Assembly: GCA_951406725.2 (NCBI GenBank)
Contig: OX597842.1
Coordinates: 16,182,001-16,246,000, forward strand
DNA length: 64,000 bases
From: Octopus vulgaris
Taxonomy: Eukaryota
Direction: 5' to 3'
This document shows positions 27,751-64,000 of the stretch, piece by piece (position 1 is the stretch's first letter; the number at the start of each line of letters is the position of its first letter). Under the pieces are notes generated by a model, which did no database searches, was not told the origin of the DNA, and saw only the letters and a program-made list of their open reading frames with translations. The position numbers and the translations under genes are program-made.

Positions 27751-27914
27751 GAACCTATATTTTACTCTTAGTCAAAATAAGTCGAAAAGACAGAAACAAG
27801 TACTAACTGTTACAAAATGAATTTCATGATAACATTTTTTAGAGTTTTCTTCGTTGTCTTATTTTCCTTGAACACATCAACTCGTGTGTCACTTTACAAC
27901 ATTATACATATATA

Positions 27915-28100
27915 TTCTTTTATTCTTTTACTTGTTTCAGCCATTTGACAGCGACCAGGTTGGAGCACCGGCTTAAGTCAAACAAATTGACCCTAGGGTT
28001 TATGCTTTCTAATCCTAGTACTTATTCTATCGGGTCTTTGGCCGAACCGCTAAGTTACGGGGACGTAAACACACTTAGATCGGTGGCAAGCGATGATGGA
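27915..28100 (-). mobile_element. SINE family A tail
   Basis: ttttacttgtttcag...gccgaaccgctaagttacggggacgtaaac. Confidence 0.85.
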
Positions 28101-28149
28101 TACACATATACATACATACAGGCATACATATGTACATATATATTCATAC

Positions 28150-28188
<39 letters not shown>

Positions 28189-28212
28189 TAGATAGATAGA
28201 TAGATAGATATA

Positions 28213-31200
28213 CTAGCAGAGATACCCGGCGTTGCCCGGTTTCATTCAATTGAAGAATTAGATTTTTCTGTTACATATATATGGATACACACACACACAC
28301 GCAGACACACATATATGTATATTAATATAAATACATGAAAGTACATGAAGCTTGTTAAAAAAAGGGATCAAATATATACCTCCTGGCTGTTGAGATTATA
28401 ACACCTTGTTGTAAACCTTGTTCCTTGTTTTTTCCTTGTGGAGCATATACAAAAGGCTTTCTTTTGTTTCTACTCTTGAGCAGCCAACATACAGTTGCCC
28501 ATGCGAGAAGCAGGGCTCTTCCAAGACAAGACCAGCGACAGAGAGGGTTTGACCCTGGGATGTGTTAATGGACATGGCAAAGCTACCACGAAGGGGAAAT
28601 TGCAGTCTTCTGAATGTAAATGGAATTTCTGCTCCTGATGGAGTAAGAGGAATTCTTGGAATAAAGACGTCACCACCTTTTCCACACCCAGAAAGAATGA
28701 TCGCCTCGATAACGTGTGACATCATTTTCTTTATCACCAGTCGCGTTCCATTGCAAAGTCTTAGTGGTTTCAGATTGCGGAGTAGCATTACAGGAGTTCC
28801 AGCTTTAAGTGCTAATATGTGTGGTGGTAGTCCAGGAGGCTCCAGCGAATTGAGAAATTCAGGAGGGTAGTTCACAACTTCATTTATTTCTGGAATTGTA
28901 TCAACAGGCTTGTGAGTGTGTATAGTGCCGGGAAGAGAATACATTAGCTGTTGATTAATTTTGTTAACAGCGATGTTTTTTGGAGCTAATATTGCTCTTT
29001 CACACAGCCAATTGTGATTTTGGTAGTTTTGTGTGAAGTTGGTAAAGACTTTGTTTTTGAGGTCATCTACAGAATTAACAACAGAGGAAAATGACCACAC
29101 TTCCATTTGTCCTGCAGCATCGAGAGACATATTTCCTTCACCAAGTGTCAAAATGTCCTGTGCAAACTTTGTGGACATTTTGTCGCCGTGTAGCTGAGCT
29201 CTCATGTTAGTGATGAGGCTGAGGATTGTAACATGATGCCACAGGGTAGAGGACTTTAGGCATGCTTGGACGTCATCTGCTCTAGTGCATTTCGGAATGA
29301 CAGGAAGAGTTTGCCTGAAATCACCTGACAACAGCAGCGTTACACCTCCCATTGGAACCTGACAATCTCAGATGTCTTTCAGGGCTCTAATGCTTCCAAA
29401 GCTCCCTTGTGAGCCATAGTGCACTCATCCCAGACAATTAGATGACACATTTTAAGTACTTGTCCCTGATCTGAGCTTTTGTTGATGTTGCATGAAGACA
29501 TTTCGGATACTGCTAAATTCAGAGGGAGTTTAAAAGTTGAGTGTGCTGTCCTGCCACCGGGTAACAAAGTAGCTGCAATGCCAGAGGAGGCTACAGCTAC
29601 TGCAATATCCTGATGCTGCCTAACTTCTGCAAGGAAAAGCTTTGTAATAAATGTTTTTCCTGTCCCTTCAGGAGCATCGAGGAAGAAGATTCGTCCCTCG
29701 CGTTGGCGTACACTGTTAAGAATAGTTCTGTAGGCCTGCAGCTGGTCCGGAAGTAGTTTAGGCTCATTTTCAACAATGTACTTTGAAAGCACTTGAGTGT
29801 CGTAGGTTGTTTCACGAATGACAGCAGTGGGAAGGCTATTTGATCCTGACCTGAACGCTTGTGGCAGGCCATACGTCGACAATTCCTTTCCACCCAGCTT
29901 AGCAATTCTGTATTCAATGTCAATGAGTGTTTTGTTATAGATTTCATTGCTGATACCCTGCATGTCAGGAGAGAACACTTGAGCTTGGCGCTGAAAGTCT
30001 TCAGCCAGATTGTCAATATATTTGAGCCATAGAGTGGCCGGATCACACAGTTCGCATGCCTGTAGTGATACTGCAAATAGTGCCCTGAGACTTTTAGGTG
30101 ATTGTGATAAAGCAGCCTCTCCTAAAGTTGCATCCCATTGTGCACCATCTTCTAACAGACCTTGACGATAGCCGGCTTCTCTGTATATTGTGCAGACATG
30201 TCCATGAACGGTTTTAGGGCCTGGAAAGACGTTGGCCCTCTGACTTCATACAATAGTAGACGAAGGTAAAAGCACTCTTGTTGAGTGGGATGCACTGTGT
30301 ATACTCGCCCAAGGCAAGTGTAAAACTTAATGCCAGGGTATCCATGAACATTTTACCTGCTTTCCGTGGGGCCATTTTTTCCATTCCAAGTGTAGTACGA
30401 TGGAATCTGTGGATACAGCAATGTTTGAGCGAATGGATCCTCTTGACAAAGCTTGAAGAATGCAGTGAGTGTACTATCCCTTAGTTCCTCTGCCAACAGG
30501 GAAGCATTAGCATCGGTGAAGTACACTCTTTGACCATTTTCCAGGTGCACTGCAAGCTGTTGAATGGCGGGGTGTCGTTGGTGAATTGGAAATCCAAAGA
30601 TTCGCCAGAAAGCCTCGTTGCTACTTATGTACCGCCCCACCTGATAATGCGTCACCTCATCCTTGCAGTATTCTTGTTGAAGTCCAAACATTGCAGCGTC
30701 GGAACCCTTGTTTACATATTTTCAAACGTACTTGATGGATTTAATGGAGTTGGAAAACTCAACGTTGATGTGGGCATTGAAAGTCTTTGACAGAAGTGAG
30801 CAGTATGGAACAATCCATCTATTATCAATATCGTGCTGTCCGATAGTTGCTGTGAAACATCCGTCTTCTGGTTTTCTGCGTCTATATGATGGATACCCAT
30901 CAGCACCTGTCTGAGTTTCTTGTAGGAACCTCCTTGGACATCTTTTTGAACATATGCTGTCCTTCAAGCATGGTGTGTTTATATTGAATCCACGCCCACA
31001 TGGACCATGTACCATGTTTGCTTTAACTATTTCGTACAGCTCTTTGTCTAAAGCTGGATCGGGAAGCTCTGCAGAGATTATGTTGTCGATGTCATTGGAA
31101 TTGATCTTCGCTGAGAGCCAAAGCAGGATATGAGCATGTGGAAGGCCCCTTTTTTGTCACTCGATTGTGTACATGTCACATTGTATGGGCCCAAAGACTT

Positions 31201-31260
31201 GCCCTTTTTGTATGAGCTCTATGAGAGAGATTAACTTCAGATGGAAATCTTGGGCGTTTA
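28213..31260 (-). mobile_element. Decayed autonomous Helitron (Rep + PIF1 helicase), 5'-truncated
   Basis: Rep motifs IE*QKRGLPHAHILLWL, MVHGPCG and KYV*KYVNKG. Helicase motifs DAPEGTGKT, IVWDECTM, SGDFRQTLPV, FAMSINTSQGQT and FSHGQLYVGCSRV. 3' hairpin ccgggcaacgccggg plus CTAG at 28213-28216. Several stops and frameshifts. Confidence 0.95.
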
Positions 31261-31354
31261 GATTCCGGTTCAAATGTAAGGCAGGTTTGAAAGTGTTCCC
31301 AACAGTTATTAGTTGTAGTGGTAGAGTGTTTATGCCGAATATGTACGTATACAA

Positions 31355-31487
<133 letters not shown>

Positions 31488-31509
31488 CCTGTATATATGT
31501 ACAAAATCT

Positions 31510-31635
31510 TCTGAGAATGATTTTGTTTGTCTGAGGCTACAGCAGAAGACACATCCCAAGTCACCACACAGTGGGACTGAACCCATGGCCGTGTGTTTGG
31601 AACGTAGTTTGTTACCACACAGCCACACCTGCCCC
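31510..31635 (-). mobile_element. SINE family A head (degraded)
   Basis: gcagaagacac...cagtgggactgaaccc...ttaccacacagccacacctgc. Confidence 0.75.
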
Positions 31636-31689
31636 TATGTATGTGTGTGTGTGCGTGCGTGTGTGTGTATGGGTAGATATAGTATGCAT

Positions 31690-32664
31690 GTATATGTGTA
31701 TATATATATGTGTACATATTACATGTACATCTATATATATGTATACATCTACACATAAAATACAAAATACACAATTATTTCTTGATATCGCTAGTGATAA
31801 CAGTACTCAATATATATTACAGACTTGAATTGTAGGCCCGTCTCTTGCAATTTCGATCAATTGGATCTTGTCCTCCTTCTTGTATAGAAGTGTACGGCTG
31901 CAGCGAAATTCATTTTTGGACTTTCTTCTATCGAAGGCATTTTAACAAAAATGCTTCGGCAAAGACGGTGAAACTATTGTCAATTTACCCAAACAGGGAC
32001 ACAATTCAGTTTTTAAACAATAACCAAAGCCCCTTCTCCGAAAAGGCGGGAGTTAAGGTTTACAATTATTTAACAAATGCAACGCAACAACTTTTCCATG
32101 ACGAGGAACCAACAAACGTGATTACAATAGTCAAACAGTAATAATAATAACATCAAACCTTTTTTATTTATCCCGATTTATGTGAAACCACTTATTCACG
32201 TTCAAGTCATTGATGCAATTTTATACGAATTGCTAATACACACACACACATAATAAGGGTGAAAAATTGAATATTAATTTGATTAATATGAATTGAAAAC
32301 CAGTGGTGTAGCATATACGACCATAGCGGATCTTCTTCTAGCAAAAAGGATGACCAGTATCAATGGTTCATCCCTGTTATATAATACTTTCACTTTAATA
32401 GTTTCAGTATTATAATGAAAGTGCCTGCATTACAAAAGAGAGACGTCTTTGTTTCCCTTTTAACACGTAATACTGAAATAGTGGAGAAGATATGATATTG
32501 CTGTGGGGTCACCCTAGGGAAAAAGTTAAGATTGTTTTGCCGATGACTCTCCCCGGACCTTAAGTAAGGCATGTGTGAAATTTGATTCTCAAAATTTAGT
32601 TCTCAAGTTTAAGGGAAACACACAGACAGACAGACACATATTCTCAGTTTTATATATATAGAGA
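31690..32664 (-). mobile_element. Non-autonomous Helitron copy A
   Basis: 5' end TCTCTATATATATAAAACTGAGAA on the minus strand. Colinear with copy B, with internal deletions. Confidence 0.7.
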
Positions 32665-32718
32665 TAACATATATGTATTATTATATGTTATATTAAATAT
32701 ATTATATATATTATAATA

Positions 32719-34427
32719 CTAGCACAATGACCCGTCGTTGCCCGGTCATAGTGCTAGTACTTGTATATATGTGTATATATATGTGTACATATTACATGTA
32801 CATCTATACATATACATATACACATAAAATACAAAATACAAAGTTATATCTTTATATCGCTAGTGATAACAGTACTCAAAATATATAACAAACTGGAATT
32901 GTAGGCCCGTCTCTTGCAATTTCAATCAATTATATCTTGATCTCCCTCTTGTATAGAAGTGTGGCTACAATCCCGCCTACCTCTACTTCTGGGGGGCATT
33001 TTAAAATTTTAACCGGGACGTACTACTTCCCAGATATAAAGGCAAAAATAAAATATTTCCACTTTGCAAGGTTCAATTCGAGTACTCCCTTGCACGCTCC
33101 GTTGACTCGAACCTTGCTTCTACTGTGGCGAACTTACCGCCTCTAGTTAGATATCTTTCATAGTCGCAGCAAGACACTTTGGATGGTGCTTTCCTCCAGG
33201 TGTCCAAATCTTTTTTTTTCTCTACATTGTATACTTTATAGACAATAGTCTTTTCTTTAATTTAATTTCGTATTTCATTTGGTGGTGTTATCCTAGATAC
33301 ACCGTCTTTGTCGGTAATTAATCCATATTTCTTCCATTTTAATTTCAATGACTTCGCGCCCACCGACGGCTGCAGCGAAATTCACTTTTGGACTTTCTTC
33401 TATCGAAGGCATTCTAACAAAAATGCTTCCGTGTAAACGGAGAAAGTATTGTCAATTTCCCCCAGCAGGGACACAATTCAATTTTTAAACAATGACCAAA
33501 GCTCCTTCTCCCAAAGGGGGAGGGTTACAGTTTACAATTATTTAACAAATGCAACACAACAATGTTTCCTTTACGAGGAACCAACAAACGTGATAACAAT
33601 AGTTAAACAGTAATAATAATAACAACAAACCTTACGATGAATCAGAAAGCAGTAAGCAGTTGAAGCTTTGGTCCTTTATGTATAAGAAATAAACCAATAG
33701 CAGTACTCTGTAGGAGTGGCTGTTCCAGAAAACAGATATTACATACAACCAAACTTCATATAGATACTTAATGCTAGCTAATTAGCAGATAATCTAAAAA
33801 AAAGCACAGCTCCATCTGGACTATTCCATTTCTGCACGCTAATTTTATTTTTAATTTATTCCTATTCATGTGAAACCACTTATTCAAGTTCAAGTCATTG
33901 ATGCAATTTTATACCAATTGCTATTTTTACTTTTGTTATGTTACGATTATATTATACTTTAGTTTGATTTTAAGTATTACTTACTACATATAATTCAATG
34001 GTTATTATTATTTTCATTGTTAAAGTGAAAGTATCTGACAGAAAATAGAGAAATGTTTTTGTTTCACTTTTAACACGTAATACTGAAATAGTGGAGAAAA
34101 TATGGTATTGCTATGGGCTTGCTCTAGGCAAGAAGTTGAACTTTTTTTTGCCCATGAAACTACATGGACCCTAAGTAAGGCATGTGTAAAATGTGAATGA
34201 AATTGGTTCTGTAGTTCTCAAATTTTAGGGAATCGCAGTGGAGAAGATATGATATTGCTGTGGGGTCGCCCTAGGGAAAAAGTTAAGAATTTTTGCCGAT
34301 GACACTCCCCGTACCCTAAGTAAGGCATGTGTAAAATTTGAATGAAATTGGTTGTGTAGTTCTCAAGTTTTAGGGAAACACACAGACAGACAGACAGACA
34401 CACATTCTAAGTTTCATATATAGAGAG
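32719..34427 (-). mobile_element. Non-autonomous Helitron copy B
   Basis: 5' end TCTCTATATATGAAAC and 3' end accgggcaacgacgggtcattgtgCTAG. Contains an internal duplication of about 140 bp (34090-34230 / 34237-34372). Confidence 0.75.
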
Positions 34428-34470
34428 ATACATCTGTAAATGTAATATGTGACAAGTATTCGGTAGCCAA

Positions 34471-34566
34471 GATAAAACTCCGAATTTCGGATGCCGAGGT
34501 GGAATTCCACGCTACCATCACTTCAGTTATCCGGCCAAAGGATAACTGAAGAGATGGTGGCGTGGA
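34471..34566 (-). ncRNA. Hammerhead-like motif overlapping a 27-bp hairpin
   Basis: Minus strand 34531-34471: GATAA-CTGAAGT-GATG...CATC-C-GAAA-TTCGGA-GTT-TTATC. The inverted arm (34540-34566) has an intact CTGAAGA. Confidence 0.6.
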
Positions 34567-34725
34567 TTTTAGTGGAGTAATTAGTAACTGACGAAATCAC
34601 TCTATCTGTCTGTCTGTCTCACTGTCTGTCTGTCTCTCTCTCTCTCCCCATGCGTTATTTGAACTTACAGTAGAATATAACGATGTTTCAAATAAAAACA
34701 AAATATATTATATTAAGAAACCACA

Positions 34726-34731
34726 TTTATT
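34726..34731 (-). terminator. Candidate poly(A) signal of the aGPCR
   Basis: AATAAA on the minus strand about 280 nt after the stop, followed by a GT/T-rich tract. Confidence 0.5.
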
Positions 34732-35007
34732 TCTTCGTTAATAAAAGTTAAAGATTATATTGAAAATTAGTAGTGAAAATTGGCAGTTAGAAAATATCTA
34801 TAGAATTACAAATCAAACCATATGATGTTAGATTTTATGAGTTACAGAAAATAAGAAGGTTTAAAGTACAATGCGATTTATAAAGTGTCTAAGTTCCGTA
34901 GTGTTGTATTGATAGATAAAAATGAAGTTCTCTTTTATGCAAGCATGTTTAATGTAATATAAGAAGAAAAGAAGATTCTCAAAGACATTAATTTTTTATA
35001 TTCTTGA

Positions 35008-63284
<28,277 letters not shown>

Positions 63285-64000
63285 CTATGCAATACAATAA
63301 AATATCCATATTTAAGAACTTGATATGTGATGTATAAGAAAAAGAAAAAATATTTACTTTGTGGTTTAAAGCAAATGTAAAAGTGTTAAGGTTGGACTCA
63401 ATACATGTGAGATATTTAAATTAAGTTCTCAATCAAGACTACAAAAGAATGTTACGATTTTCACTTGCAATTGTTTCAGTTTTGTCCCAAATTAAACAAA
63501 GAAAATTACGAAAGCTACTTGATGGCCTTTTCTATTTCTGTTCTTCTCTCACAAAAAGTGCGAAAATTGTGGAAGAAATCAAATAAAGGGAGATAATTCT
63601 AAAATGGTGATTATGCTTTTGTAGAAGGAAAACCTTTATGAAATCTGTGAATGTCATTAAAATTTCGTAACAACTAATTAAAATATAATCGTTGATTTAA
63701 TGAGGCCGCCTCTAAGTGGTGACTCGACCTACTCAAATAGTAGCCAAAGCACACACTTTATTATCAAATCAGAAACACCACGCGATATTATGTAATCTTC
63801 GAAAATCTCAGTCGAATACTGGATGGTCACAGATGGACTGTCTATGGTATATGAATTGACCACAACAATTTTGAATAAATAGAAACAATATCACTCATGA
63901 TTTTCTTTGAAATATATATGTTTATGTATGTGTACTTAAGTATATCTGTGTGTGTATCTGTGGATATATATATTTTTTCCAATTTAACGTAACCACCTGA

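Noticed and set aside
28396-29978. Host PIF1 helicase gene
   Set aside because: It is intronless, frameshifted, fused to a Rep domain and ends in a hairpin + CTAG, which identifies it as a Helitron.

Overview
Repeat-dense eukaryotic DNA, very probably octopus. This is inferred from the extreme (TA)n/(TG)n/(TATC)n microsatellite load and the SINE families; it is not proven. A 100-N assembly gap lies at 4950-5049. The main gene, mostly missed by the ORF track, is an adhesion GPCR on the minus strand. I reconstructed 18 GT-AG, phase-compatible exons from 63284 down to a stop at 35008 (about 846 aa, N-terminus beyond the window end). Its architecture is a Ly6/uPAR-like three-finger Cys domain, a possible SEA-like module, HormR, GAIN/GPS (HL|TSFAVLM) and a 7TM with altered TM6/TM7 motifs. 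A damaged ankyrin-repeat exon lies at about 1.75-1.9 kb. The rest is transposon debris: a 5'-truncated Penelope-like element (RT + GIY-YIG), a decayed autonomous Helitron and several non-autonomous Helitrons, hAT/Buster, mariner and maT fossils, Gypsy, RTE and CR1 fragments, and three SINE families. About a dozen mostly degenerate hammerhead-ribozyme motifs sit in short, often palindromic elements inserted into (TA)n tracts. One, at the Penelope 3' end, carries an apparently compensatory U3-A8 core.
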